Virus record (IMG/VR): IMGVR_UViG_3300044993_000766
Span: 1 to 58,017 of that record
From: a virus
Lineage: Duplodnaviria > Caudoviricetes
DNA: 58,017 nt
Direction: 5' to 3' (one strand)
Part shown: in pieces, positions 39,497-48,658 of the stretch
Position numbering within the stretch: position 1 is the stretch's first letter
Layout of the letters: each line of letters opens with the position of its first letter
Made by a program: the position numbers and the translations under genes
Notes under the pieces: generated by a model
What the model was told of the DNA's origin: nothing
Databases searched by the model: none
What the model saw: the letters and a program-made list of their open reading frames with translations, nothing else

Positions 39497-40141
39497 CTAA
39501 ATGGCAAAGTCGCCGCGTTCCGGCACCATCGCCCGCGCGCCGCCCGTGCGACCACGCAGGCGTCGCGTGCGGGCGCGCAGGATGGCGGCGTCGAAGCGTT
39601 GGCTGTAGACGGCTGCCAAGCGGGGATCACTGAACGGGTGCCCAGGCAACAGCAACACATCCGCGAGCCCGCCCTCGACCAGCGCGCGCCCCCACTCCTC
39701 GGCGAGCCGTGCATCGAGCCGGCAGGCATCGTGACGCGGCGCGGCGACGTAGCGCACGCGCAAGGTGTCGCAAGTATCGCCGTCGCGATCGATCCAGACC
39801 GACACATCCGGCGTCTCCAACGCTTCCACCCGGAAACCGCAGCCCGTTTCGATCACGTCCCGGCGCGGATCAAGCATGCTCTCATCAGGCATGCCGCATC
39901 CGATCGACACCGCGACAATGCGCACCACACGCTCGCAGTCTGCCGGCACCACCGGGTAATCGCGCACCCCGCAGGCCATCGGCAATGCCGCCTCGCGTTC
40001 CAGCCATCCGCTGGCTTCGCAGAACCGGATCGCCGCATCGCGCAAGTAGCTGTGTGCCGCGACATCGGGCAAGCCCGGCGTGGCAGCGACCATACGGGCC
40101 AGGAACGGCGCGAAGTCGGTGAAGCCCGGCCCGCAACTCAC
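39497..40141 (-). CDS. Phage adaptor/tail tubular protein A-like
   Basis: GTG start overlapping the upstream TGA; LRDAAIRFCEAS..W, PGHPFSDPRLAAVYSQRF. Confidence 0.7.
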   Translation of the reverse strand: MSCGPGFTDFAPFLARMVAATPGLPDVAAHSYLRDAAIRFCEASGWLEREAALPMACGVRDYPVVPADCERVVRIVAVSIGCGMPDESMLDPRRDVIETGCGFRVEALETPDVSVWIDRDGDTCDTLRVRYVAAPRHDACRLDARLAEEWGRALVEGGLADVLLLPGHPFSDPRLAAVYSQRFDAAILRARTRRLRGRTGGARAMVPERGDFAI

Positions 40142-40848
40142 GGCTGCGCCCCTTCCGGCGCGCGCCCGGCCTGCGAGACTGCGACAAGCCGTTCCTTCGC
40201 CTCGGAGACGCCGAGCATGGCGTAGAAGTGCTGACGGTGCGCTTCCTGCTTGGCGAAGGACTGCGCCGATTCCATATCGACGCTGTAAGCGCGGTACAGC
40301 ATCCATTCGATCAGCGCATTGTGCATGCGCGCGGGCGTGACCAGCCGATCATTGCGCGGATCGGCATCGTCGATTTGCGCGAGCGTCATCGCCTCGGGGG
40401 ATTGCTGGCACACCAGGGCGACGGTGTACGCCTGCCCGTCGTCGGGTACGGGCGGATCGACGAAGAACGCGCGCGGGTCTTGCGGCGTGAAGCTGTAGCC
40501 GCGCACGCGGTAGTCTCCGCAGACGCTGACCGGCGCGCAGCCGGTGTCGGCGAACGCCTGCAACAAGCCGTCATCGACCTTGCGCGCGCGACCGGCATCG
40601 CCCGCCGACCCGATGATTTTCTGCAACTGGCAACCCTCCGGCAGCGGACCCTGTCGCGCACCCGGCACCAGGGCGAGCACGTCCGTCTGTGCGTACAACT
40701 CCGGCCGGTACAGATAGACCTGTCGCTGGGCGTCGTTGAGGTAGTCCAGCAGATCGGCACGAGTCCAGCGGATGTGCTCGAAGCCCGGTTCGGCATCGTT
40801 GAGCAAGCGCGCGACTTCGCCGATTAGCGCCGCCGCGAACTCGGCCAT
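40138..40848 (-). CDS. Head-tail adaptor (DUF6682-like)
   Basis: LLND...RWTRADLLDYLNDAQRQV..RPE and ALIEWMLYRAYSVD. Confidence 0.75.
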   Translation of the reverse strand: MAEFAAALIGEVARLLNDAEPGFEHIRWTRADLLDYLNDAQRQVYLYRPELYAQTDVLALVPGARQGPLPEGCQLQKIIGSAGDAGRARKVDDGLLQAFADTGCAPVSVCGDYRVRGYSFTPQDPRAFFVDPPVPDDGQAYTVALVCQQSPEAMTLAQIDDADPRNDRLVTPARMHNALIEWMLYRAYSVDMESAQSFAKQEAHRQHFYAMLGVSEAKERLVAVSQAGRAPEGAQP

Positions 40849-41249
40849 TACAGCGCCGCTCCGCTGGCGCCGTCGTCGATGCGCTGATTACGCTGCTTGA
40901 CCGCCTTGCGCTTGGTCTCGCCGGCCCGGTTATGGGCATCCTCGAACCCACCTTCCAGGCCAGCGGTCGCCATGTCGAGCGGATTGCCGTGGATGTCGGT
41001 TTCGATGGTGGGCACGGTGAGAATGGAGCCGACCTTGCGGATCGTTTCGCCTGCCTGCTCGAAGTCGCGGCCGTTGGTGGTATAGCCGGGCGTGAGACCC
41101 GGTAACAGCTCGAACTCGTCATCGCGCGGATACAGATGGCCGTGTTCGTCCTGCAAGACCTGCATCTTCTCGCCGGTATGTTCGATGTTGCGGTGGATGT
41201 CCAGCGACGTATGCGGCTGGGTCGTTTGCGGCATGGGAAAAGGTTGCAT
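40848..41249 (-). CDS. Phage hypothetical protein
   Basis: GAGGA RBS; TAATG coupling to the adaptor gene. Confidence 0.65.
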   Translation of the reverse strand: MQPFPMPQTTQPHTSLDIHRNIEHTGEKMQVLQDEHGHLYPRDDEFELLPGLTPGYTTNGRDFEQAGETIRKVGSILTVPTIETDIHGNPLDMATAGLEGGFEDAHNRAGETKRKAVKQRNQRIDDGASGAAL

Positions 41250-41266
41250 GCGAGTCCTCAGGCAAG

Positions 41267-41290
41267 AAAAAGCCCCGCCGAAGCGGGGCT
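41267..41290 (-). terminator. Intrinsic terminator after the capsid genes
   Basis: AGCCCCGC-TTCG-GCGGGGCTTTTT on the minus strand. Confidence 0.82.
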
Positions 41291-41324
41291 GTGGGGGTGA
41301 CGCGGCGGAGGATGTGCGCGGCGA

Positions 41325-41954
41325 TCAGTTGCCGGTGTCGGGGTGGAAGATCACCGCCGAGACAGTGAGCCGCAGTTTCGTGGCGCCGGTCGCGGGCCAC
41401 CCCACCACGGCGAGCGTCACCGCATCGGCCAGCGGCTGCCACGCATTGACCAGGACGTAACCGCTACCCAGGACCGCGCCGTCGATCGCGGCGTTGAACG
41501 CGCCGCGCACCGAGGACAGATCGAGGGTGACGCCGGCTTCGGCCGATTCGACTTTCCAGTACACGCCATGCAGGAAGCAGCCCGGCGGAATGACGATCGG
41601 GTAGATCACGTCCTCGTTGGCGATGTCGTGGCAGACCAGATACTGCTGCAACCCCGGCTGCAAGCGACCCTCGTCGCCATTGGGCACGACGCAATCGCCG
41701 CGCATGGTGTAGCCGGTATCGACCAGCGCCGGATAGAAGTCCAACGAGCGCGAGAGGCCATAGGCGACGTGGACCTTGTGCCCGGCCGCTTCGGTATTCA
41801 CCCGATCGAGCAGTTCGGTGGTGAGCGCGCCGGCCAGATCGGCCGGCGTGGGACAGGCGGTGCAGCCGTCGTCGATCCAGCCGGCGGCGCTCTGGCCGAA
41901 CAGCGCATCGAACGGGGTCTTGCCGCCGCCGTGGTACAGGTGGTGGTAGGCCAT
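41325..41954 (-). CDS. Putative capsid decoration/cement protein
   Basis: Immediately after the major capsid gene and before the terminator; GAGGAG RBS at MAYHHL; beta-rich C-terminus. Confidence 0.6.
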   Translation of the reverse strand: MAYHHLYHGGGKTPFDALFGQSAAGWIDDGCTACPTPADLAGALTTELLDRVNTEAAGHKVHVAYGLSRSLDFYPALVDTGYTMRGDCVVPNGDEGRLQPGLQQYLVCHDIANEDVIYPIVIPPGCFLHGVYWKVESAEAGVTLDLSSVRGAFNAAIDGAVLGSGYVLVNAWQPLADAVTLAVVGWPATGATKLRLTVSAVIFHPDTGN

Positions 41955-41964
41955 GAAGGTCTCC

Positions 41965-42915
41965 TCAATTGAAGCGCACGTAGGCGACGCCGAGCTGCTC
42001 GGGGAACAGCGGCTTGTGTCCGAAGATCGACAGGCCACGGAAGTAGCTGCCGAAGAAGTGTTCGGACTTGATGACATCCGCATCCGAAAGCTGCTGCACG
42101 TAGCCGGTCGCCATGCGTCGGCCGAAGATCACGAAACTGCACTGCGCATTGGCGGTGGTGTCGTAGACGGTCGGGACGAAGTTCGAGCCGAGCAGGCGGA
42201 AGCCGGCCGGATCGAGGTTGCGCATGGGTTTGCCGCTGGCATCGACGAGGAAGCTGCGCGGCAGGCCGGTGACGAAGGCGTTGGACAGCGGCGAGGTGAA
42301 CAACGGCGCGGTCGCGGCCGGGGGCAGGATCATGAACATCTCGCCCGCCTCCCAGACATTGCTCTCGCACATCACCTGATTGCAGCGGGCAAAGAACTCC
42401 AGCAGGTTGCCGCCGGTGATCTGGAGCGGATTGCCGACCGCGCCCAGATTGACGTTGCGGCTGTTGAGACCGGCGTTGATGCCTTTGTTATACGGCGCGG
42501 CATCGCGGATCATCTTGGCGAGGATCGACTTCTCCTGCGCGTAGCCGACCGACCGGCCACCCGAGGTGATGAGGACGGTTTGCAGTTCGTCCGCGTTGCG
42601 GATCTGCTTCACATCGACGCGATCAAGCTTGTAGTTCCAATAGAACCCCTCGTCAACCGTGAGCGTGGTGGTCTCGATCTCGGGCGTATCGGTCTGGAGC
42701 CGGATGTTCTTCTGGTAGCGGTGGATGCGCGCGACCGGCTCGCGCTGGAAGGTGATCTGGTCGCCGAACTGGCGCAGTTGTCCGGTGTAGGTGGTGGAAG
42801 TGATGTCCTTCATCAGCGTTTCGGCATACGAACGCATCAGAAAGCGCGGATAGAAGTGCGGCTGGATCAGCGACCCGCTGTACTGCGGGTAGCCGGTCGC
42901 GGCGGGGATGGTCAT
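41965..42915 (-). CDS. Major capsid protein
   Basis: 316 aa after the scaffold gene; ITSTTYTGQLRQFGDQITF and FGSYFRGLSIFGHK..PE patterns of podoviral HK97-fold capsids; GGAG RBS. Confidence 0.85.
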   Translation of the reverse strand: MTIPAATGYPQYSGSLIQPHFYPRFLMRSYAETLMKDITSTTYTGQLRQFGDQITFQREPVARIHRYQKNIRLQTDTPEIETTTLTVDEGFYWNYKLDRVDVKQIRNADELQTVLITSGGRSVGYAQEKSILAKMIRDAAPYNKGINAGLNSRNVNLGAVGNPLQITGGNLLEFFARCNQVMCESNVWEAGEMFMILPPAATAPLFTSPLSNAFVTGLPRSFLVDASGKPMRNLDPAGFRLLGSNFVPTVYDTTANAQCSFVIFGRRMATGYVQQLSDADVIKSEHFFGSYFRGLSIFGHKPLFPEQLGVAYVRFN

Positions 42916-42974
42916 GGAACGTGTCTCCGTGAGTCAGCGTGGGGAATGCGCTGTCCACGGCCCTCAAGCGAAGA

Positions 42975-44012
42975 TCAGGGATCGACCCGACCCTCGCGTA
43001 GCGCCTGCTGGAAAGCGCGCTCGAACTGCTGAAGCTCCTGAAACGTCTTCTGCCCGCGTTGCCACAGCCCCATCATCGATTCCATATCGCCCGAGCGGAA
43101 CCGCTGGCCGGCAACCGGTGCGCCGCCCGCGTGGATGCGGTCGGGCACGGCGAGCGCGTCCAACGCCGAGGGCGACGCGGTGCGATCGGTGGGAGCGGCC
43201 TTGCGCTGCTGGAACGCCTGCACGATTTCGACGATGCCGTCGATGTCGCGGCGGGCGTCCGCCTCTTGCAGCGCCTGATTGAAGGTCTTGCCGCCGCCGA
43301 AGGGCATCGGCTGGAACACGAAGCTCGCCCACTCGCTGTCCTGAAACACCGATTGCGCGGTGCCGAGGCGCTGCGCGAGGCGTTCGCGGAAGCCTTGGGC
43401 TTCGCTTTGCGTCAGGCGGGTTTCGAGCGGCTTGACCTGTTCGGTGACTTGCTGTTGCAAGCCATCGACCTTGGTCAAGAGCGCGCGAATCGCCTTGGCG
43501 CCGTTCTCGCCGAACTCGAAGGCCAGATCGTCGTCGCTCAAGTCGCCCAAACCATCACCCGCCGCAGGAGCGCGCGCGGGATCGGTCGGAGTTTTCTGCT
43601 TGAGCGCGTCGAGTTCCTGCGCCTGTCGCTGCGTGAGATCGCGCAGCAATTGCAGTTCGGTGCTCGTGTCCAGTCCGTCGCCCTGCCCGCTCCGCGCCTT
43701 GAGGGTGCGGACTTCTTCGGACAGGCGCGGGACTTCGGCGTCATACTTGCCCTTCAGGGCGTGATAGCGGGCTTCCCACTTCGCGTCGTCGGCGCTCGAT
43801 GCGGCGGTATCCGAGCCGGACGGGTCCGGGTCGGGTCGCCAGGAGTCGAGGTTGACGTATTGCGCATCGGGCGCGGCCGGCGAGGCCGGTATCGCGACAG
43901 GAGCGGCGGGTGTGGGCGGTGTGTCAGGGGCCGGCGTCGGCGGGGTGCGTGTCGCACCCGGCGCGGCGTCGGCCTGCTGTTGCAGTTGTTCAAGCGAGAA
44001 AAAATCGGACAT
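42975..44012 (-). CDS. Capsid scaffolding protein
   Basis: WEARYHALKGKYDAEVPRL coiled coil, C-terminal ALREGRV; start reassigned to MSDFFSL with GAGG RBS. Confidence 0.8.
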   Translation of the reverse strand: MSDFFSLEQLQQQADAAPGATRTPPTPAPDTPPTPAAPVAIPASPAAPDAQYVNLDSWRPDPDPSGSDTAASSADDAKWEARYHALKGKYDAEVPRLSEEVRTLKARSGQGDGLDTSTELQLLRDLTQRQAQELDALKQKTPTDPARAPAAGDGLGDLSDDDLAFEFGENGAKAIRALLTKVDGLQQQVTEQVKPLETRLTQSEAQGFRERLAQRLGTAQSVFQDSEWASFVFQPMPFGGGKTFNQALQEADARRDIDGIVEIVQAFQQRKAAPTDRTASPSALDALAVPDRIHAGGAPVAGQRFRSGDMESMMGLWQRGQKTFQELQQFERAFQQALREGRVDP

Positions 44013-44172
44013 GAGAACCTCGGGGTCGGAGCCGCGACGGGGCCGCGCGGCATCGCGCCGGAGCCGTGACATGCGGCTGGCCAGCCGGTGGCATCGGTGT
44101 TCCGGTGCGACGCGCTGCGGGCGTCGTCGGTATTCCTGGGAGGACGAGAAACCGGCGTGCGCCGGGGTGGCA

Positions 44173-44442
44173 CTACAGCAACGGGTCGTGCGACGCCGCT
44201 GCGGCGGTGTGGGGGGTGCTGTCGGCGGACGCCGCCAGCACGTAAATCTGTCGAATGGCGCGCGCTGCGCCCTGCTGGCGCAGCATGTCGGTCGTGTCGT
44301 CCATGCCGACGAGCCGGTCGGCGGCGTCCTGGTCGAGCTGCGCGAGGTGCGCGACGAAGATGCGCCACGCATTTGCGTTCGCGGACAGCGAACGTACTGC
44401 ATCGCGCACGCGCGCGAATTCGCGCTGTGGATCGCGGCTCAT
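44173..44442 (-). CDS. Small helical phage protein (Bbp19-like position)
   Basis: 89 aa with LRQQGAARAI; ATGA overlap; precedes the scaffold gene. Confidence 0.6.
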   Translation of the reverse strand: MSRDPQREFARVRDAVRSLSANANAWRIFVAHLAQLDQDAADRLVGMDDTTDMLRQQGAARAIRQIYVLAASADSTPHTAAAASHDPLL

Positions 44443-44837
44443 GCGAGCGCCTGCGTCACGCCGTTGCGACGCAGGACAATCACCGTCGGCATATCGATGC
44501 CCGGCGCGACGCCTTCGGCGACCAGCCGATAGCGGCCGGGCAGCACGACGGCGAGTTGGGTATTCGTCGGATCGAGTTGCAGCGGTTGGCCGTGGTGAAT
44601 GGCAGGGGCGTACAGTGTGGTGTCGCGAAACCCCGTCACCATGTCTACACGCACACGCTGGCCCGGTTTCAGATCGAACGCGCAGACCACGGCCGCAGGC
44701 GCAATCACCTCAAACTCCGGCGATTCGACCGAATCGCTCAGCGGCGACAGGTACACGTCGTCGCGGCGGCCGTTCGCCTGTCCGGCGTACCCCAGAATGC
44801 CGGGCGCGCAGCCCGGTGTATTGAAAATGCTGGTCAT
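44439..44837 (-). CDS. Phage structural hypothetical protein
   Basis: GAGG RBS; LAVVLPGRYRL resembles LAIPGTYRV in 47946-48326. Confidence 0.6.
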   Translation of the reverse strand: MTSIFNTPGCAPGILGYAGQANGRRDDVYLSPLSDSVESPEFEVIAPAAVVCAFDLKPGQRVRVDMVTGFRDTTLYAPAIHHGQPLQLDPTNTQLAVVLPGRYRLVAEGVAPGIDMPTVIVLRRNGVTQALA

Positions 44838-44844
44838 GCCGGCC

Positions 44845-45297
44845 TCACACGCACTCGACGTTGACGCCGAGTTGCACGGTGTCCACGGCTGCCGTATCGA
44901 TCACGGCGCCATCGCTCACGCGGCGCAATTCCAGCGTCGCGGACAGGAAGCGGCCACCGGAGGCGCCGGAGAGCGTGTATGACCAGCCGAGCACGCGCCC
45001 GGCCGCCAGCGACAACCACGCGCCGACGACCACGCCATCGGGCGCGTCGCCGCTGGCGACACGCAGTTCGTAGTTCGACGCCACATCGCCCGTGGCGAGC
45101 CAGCGCCCGCGATTGCCGGGCGTCGCGGGCGCAAGGCTGGAGCCTTCGGTCACGCTCCCGTCTTGGCGAATGTCGATGAAATACTGCACCGACGCGCCCG
45201 CACCGCCGTTCACGACAAAGCAACCGCCTTGCGCACGCTCGAAGGGGAAGCCTGTGGTGCTTCCCGCCACCACCGGGTTACAGACGATATTCGCCAT
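44845..45297 (-). CDS. Beta-rich protein paralogous to the C-terminus of the fibre protein
   Basis: GRWL..YELRV..GAWLSL..LELRRVSDG versus GNWI..FEVRV..VWLSL..VQIRRSSD in 45314-46948; GGAG RBS. Confidence 0.62.
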   Translation of the reverse strand: MANIVCNPVVAGSTTGFPFERAQGGCFVVNGGAGASVQYFIDIRQDGSVTEGSSLAPATPGNRGRWLATGDVASNYELRVASGDAPDGVVVGAWLSLAAGRVLGWSYTLSGASGGRFLSATLELRRVSDGAVIDTAAVDTVQLGVNVECV

Positions 45298-45313
45298 GTT
45301 GTTCGCTCCGAAC

Positions 45314-46948
45314 TCAAGGGCACTGGGCATTGATGCCCGTGTAGACCTGAAAACCGCCGTAAGGCTCGTCCACGACGAGTTGCTGGTCGCTGCTGCGGCG
45401 GATCTGCACGCGACCGCCGATCAAGCCACTGGTGCCGCAGCCGAAGGTGCGCGTCCAAGCGCGCGCGACGCCGAGCGACAACCACACCTCCAACGCATCG
45501 GGACCGCCCGACAACCCGCCGCTGACGCGCACCTCAAAGTCGGCCGGATTGACGCCGCTGCTGCCGATCCAATTACCACCATCGCCCGCCGCAGCGCCGC
45601 CGATGTCGCCGTTCGGCGTGATCGTCAGATCGGCGGTGTAGACGTTGGCGTTCGGTGGCGTGCAGTCCAGCGCGAAGCACTGCCCGGTATCGCGCGCCAG
45701 CGCGCCGGCCGGCAGTCCGGGCGTCGCCGGCAGCAGATGGCAGACCGTCGCCGTTGTCGCACCCGCGACGATCTGGCTGGAGAGCGTGGTCAGCACCGGC
45801 CCGCTGGCCGTGCCGTCGTAACTGGCGCACACCTGACCACCATCGACGACGCTGCCGCTGACGTTCACGACGAAGGGGAAGCCGCCGACCGGCGCGGGGC
45901 CATTGAGGTAGACCGTCCAGCACACCGTCTCGCCGGGCGACACCGCGCCGGGGTGATCGCTGGTGATGTCGATGAGCGCAAGCGTCACGTCATTGTCGGT
46001 GATCGTGACCGGCACGCGCCCGCCCGGGAAGGTCGGAATACGCGGCGTGGTGCCGATGTCGAACCCCAGTTCGCGATCCGGCTCGTCGATCGTGTCGTCG
46101 GTCGTCTGCACGCACACGCTGGCGCGCGACTGGCCGATGGGAATGGTCAGCGGCGAAGTGATGGCGTAGCCGTGGATCGCCTGCTCATCGCCCGACAGCG
46201 ACACCGGGATCGTCACCGCCGCGCCGGTGACGGGCGCATTCAGCACGATCTCCCAACAGACGTTCGTGCCCTCGGGTACGGTGTAACCGGGTGAGACGTT
46301 GACCGACGTGATCGTATGCGTCGAGGGTGGCGCCTCGTCGTTGTCGAGGATCGCGACACAGGCACTGCCACCGGCCGACAACCGCGGCGCATCGACTTGC
46401 AGGCAGAGTTCGCGCGGTCCCAGCACCGTGCCGTCGTCGAGCGTCGCGACGCAGACTTCCACCGCCGCCTGCCCGACCGGAATGACGACGCCGGTCGGCG
46501 CGGGATAGCCGCGCAGCGCCTGTTCCGAACCGAACAACGCCAACGTCAGCGGTAGATCGCGGCCGGCGACGGCTGGCGTCACTTCGATCCGCCAGCACGC
46601 TGGCTGCCCTTCGACGATCGGCGTCGCCAGCGGCAGGATACCGATCAGCGTGTGCTGCGAGTCGCAACAGGTATTCGTGATGATCCGCGTGCCGCCCGGC
46701 CCGCCCGTGATCGCGATCCCAGGACCGGCGACGATGCGGTTGAGGAAGGTCTGTTGCGCGAGTTCAATGGCAACGGCCAGTTCCGCGCACGTCGGAATCG
46801 CGTTGCCGGGCGCATGATCCGCGCCGGCACAGGTCTTGAACACGCGGGCGAAGGATTCTGGCGGAATCACATCCGGCGGCAGGGTATCGCCGGGCGCGAA
46901 CGGCGTGTGCTGTCCGCGCTCGTATTTCAGGGGGCGACGCTCGGGCAT
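45314..46948 (-). CDS. Fibre/spike-like protein with Calx-beta/Ig-like repeats
   Basis: Repeated EG..CW.I...IPxGQ...VCV.TxDD...REL...I.DND units; GGAG RBS. Confidence 0.72.
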   Translation of the reverse strand: MPERRPLKYERGQHTPFAPGDTLPPDVIPPESFARVFKTCAGADHAPGNAIPTCAELAVAIELAQQTFLNRIVAGPGIAITGGPGGTRIITNTCCDSQHTLIGILPLATPIVEGQPACWRIEVTPAVAGRDLPLTLALFGSEQALRGYPAPTGVVIPVGQAAVEVCVATLDDGTVLGPRELCLQVDAPRLSAGGSACVAILDNDEAPPSTHTITSVNVSPGYTVPEGTNVCWEIVLNAPVTGAAVTIPVSLSGDEQAIHGYAITSPLTIPIGQSRASVCVQTTDDTIDEPDRELGFDIGTTPRIPTFPGGRVPVTITDNDVTLALIDITSDHPGAVSPGETVCWTVYLNGPAPVGGFPFVVNVSGSVVDGGQVCASYDGTASGPVLTTLSSQIVAGATTATVCHLLPATPGLPAGALARDTGQCFALDCTPPNANVYTADLTITPNGDIGGAAAGDGGNWIGSSGVNPADFEVRVSGGLSGGPDALEVWLSLGVARAWTRTFGCGTSGLIGGRVQIRRSSDQQLVVDEPYGGFQVYTGINAQCP

Positions 46949-46958
46949 GGGAACTCCG

Positions 46959-47267
46959 TCAGGCTTCGACGTGGGTCTGGTCGCAGCAGGTGTTGGTCAG
47001 CAAGACAGTGCCGTCCGGCCGCAGGGTGATCGCGATGCCGGTCCCGGCGATGAGCCGGGCCAGCGCCTGCACGAATGCCTGTTCGATCGCGGCGCGCATT
47101 TCGGCGCATAACGGAATCGCTGCGCCCGGAACGTGAGCCGAACCGGCGCAGGTCACGAACGCGGCAGCGAATCCACCGCCCGGCACCGTGCCCACGGGCA
47201 CCGTGTCGCCTTCGGCGAACGGGCGGTGTACGCCTGCGTCGTATTTGAGGGGACGTTGCGTACTCAT
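46959..47267 (-). CDS. Short paralog of the fibre N-terminal domain
   Basis: RPLKY..G.H.PFA.GDT.P...TCAG..H.PG.AIP.CAE...AG.GIAIT...TNTCCD shared with 45314-46948. Confidence 0.7.
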   Translation of the reverse strand: MSTQRPLKYDAGVHRPFAEGDTVPVGTVPGGGFAAAFVTCAGSAHVPGAAIPLCAEMRAAIEQAFVQALARLIAGTGIAITLRPDGTVLLTNTCCDQTHVEA

Positions 47268-47932
47268 GGCGATGTCTCCGCTCGCGCACGGCGGCGGCGC
47301 GTCGTCGTGGTCGTGCTGCTCGCGACCCTCGCGGTCGCATTAGCGTTGCCGCCGCAATCGACGAAGGCGTAGTACGGCAGCACATAGCCGCCGATGTTGA
47401 CCCAGCCGATGGGACGGCCCAGCAATCCGTCGCGCCCGCCGTAGAGCGTCGTCGGCAGGGTGTCGTTCTCGCTGGTCGCGGGCGGATTCGCGCCCGTGAT
47501 CCCGATGCGCGCACCACTTGTCGCGATGTCGATCGCGTCCTGCATCTCCGCACAGGTCGGAATGCGTGCGCCGGGCATGTGCGCCTGACCCGCACAGGTG
47601 CGAAACACCGCCGCCACCTGGTCCGTGGTCAGCGAGGCGGGTGTCGGGGTTTCGACATGCGTCCCATCCGACATCGAAATGACCAATCGTCCATCGGCGG
47701 TGAAGGTCACGGCGGTCACGCGCACAGTGGTGCCGGGTGTCGGCAATCCGTCGATGGCGGCGGCGAGGTCCGCGCACGTCGCCAGGGGCGTTTGTCCCGC
47801 CAGCACGGGCGCACCCCGGCAATCCGTACCGATGGTGGTCCCCAGCAGCGCACCGCCGACGATGCGTGCATCGATCAGGGTCAGATTGCGGACGGTCGTA
47901 CCGTCGATGTTGATCTCGTCGCAACAGGACAT
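47264..47932 (-). CDS. Fibre-associated structural protein with TCAG/TCAE motifs
   Basis: Start reassigned to MSCCDE with GGAGGAG RBS. Confidence 0.65.
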   Translation of the reverse strand: MSCCDEINIDGTTVRNLTLIDARIVGGALLGTTIGTDCRGAPVLAGQTPLATCADLAAAIDGLPTPGTTVRVTAVTFTADGRLVISMSDGTHVETPTPASLTTDQVAAVFRTCAGQAHMPGARIPTCAEMQDAIDIATSGARIGITGANPPATSENDTLPTTLYGGRDGLLGRPIGWVNIGGYVLPYYAFVDCGGNANATARVASSTTTTTRRRRARAETSP

Positions 47933-47945
47933 GCGTACTCCTCCT

Positions 47946-48326
47946 TCAGTGATTCGCTGGCATAGGCAGCAGCGCCCGGCTTGCCAGCGCCTCGGATTCT
48001 TCCCAATAGACCACCGTGTCCAGGTCGCCCCGGCACACGCGCACGCGGTAGGTGCCGGGGATCGCCAACACCACCTGGTTGTGGCGCTCGCAGAGCACCG
48101 TCTTGCAACCGTCAATGCGGTAGGTCGCCCACAACTCCGGCGCGCTCGGCGGCGCGCAGCAGGCGTCGGCCTGATCCTTGATGCGCGGGTGGATGAGCAA
48201 TTCGATTTCGGCGCAGCCGTGACCGGCGAAGCGCAGAATCACGGGCGCGAAGGTCACTTCGACGTTCGGGGCCTCGTCCGCCAGCGTCGGCAGAGCGCCG
48301 TAGTACAGGAAACCTTCACGGGCCAT
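47946..48326 (-). CDS. Phage structural hypothetical protein
   Basis: GGAG RBS; overlaps the upstream gene. Confidence 0.6.
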   Translation of the reverse strand: MAREGFLYYGALPTLADEAPNVEVTFAPVILRFAGHGCAEIELLIHPRIKDQADACCAPPSAPELWATYRIDGCKTVLCERHNQVVLAIPGTYRVRVCRGDLDTVVYWEESEALASRALLPMPANH

Positions 48327-48639
48327 GCGCTGGCTCCTGCGCGATGACTTCGACCAGCGGATCGCGCTCGATCGTGCGCCACAGCGCGCGCACCATCCGC
48401 AGCAGCAACTGCCACTTCGCCTGCGATTTGCTCGGCACGAAGACCACCGGGTCTTGCCAGTACAGCGTGCGTCGCTGCGCGCGGTCGCTCACGCCATCGG
48501 GCCGGTAGCCGGCGCTGCGATGGCCGAAGCGCACGAAGAACGCCTGCGCGTTCGTGTCGATGCGGTGGATGAAACCTGGGCCGTACACGATGTCGAACAC
48601 CGCATCGCCCGGCTGCAACTCGTCGCCGTCCATTCGCAT
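48316..48639 (-). CDS. Phage hypothetical protein
   Basis: Start reassigned to MRMDGDE with GAGGAG RBS; follows the portal gene. Confidence 0.6.
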   Translation of the reverse strand: MRMDGDELQPGDAVFDIVYGPGFIHRIDTNAQAFFVRFGHRSAGYRPDGVSDRAQRRTLYWQDPVVFVPSKSQAKWQLLLRMVRALWRTIERDPLVEVIAQEPAHGP

Positions 48640-48658
48640 GGGGCGGTTCTCCTCGTGG

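Noticed and set aside
33028-41288. Identical CCCCGCCGAAGCGGGG at about 33028 and 41273 as att or recombination repeats
   Set aside because: Both are UUCG-loop terminators; a common terminator design explains the match
44845-47932. Diversity-generating retroelement or invertible tail-fibre system suggested by the paralogous segments
   Set aside because: No reverse transcriptase or invertase; repeats diverge at the protein level rather than only at adenines
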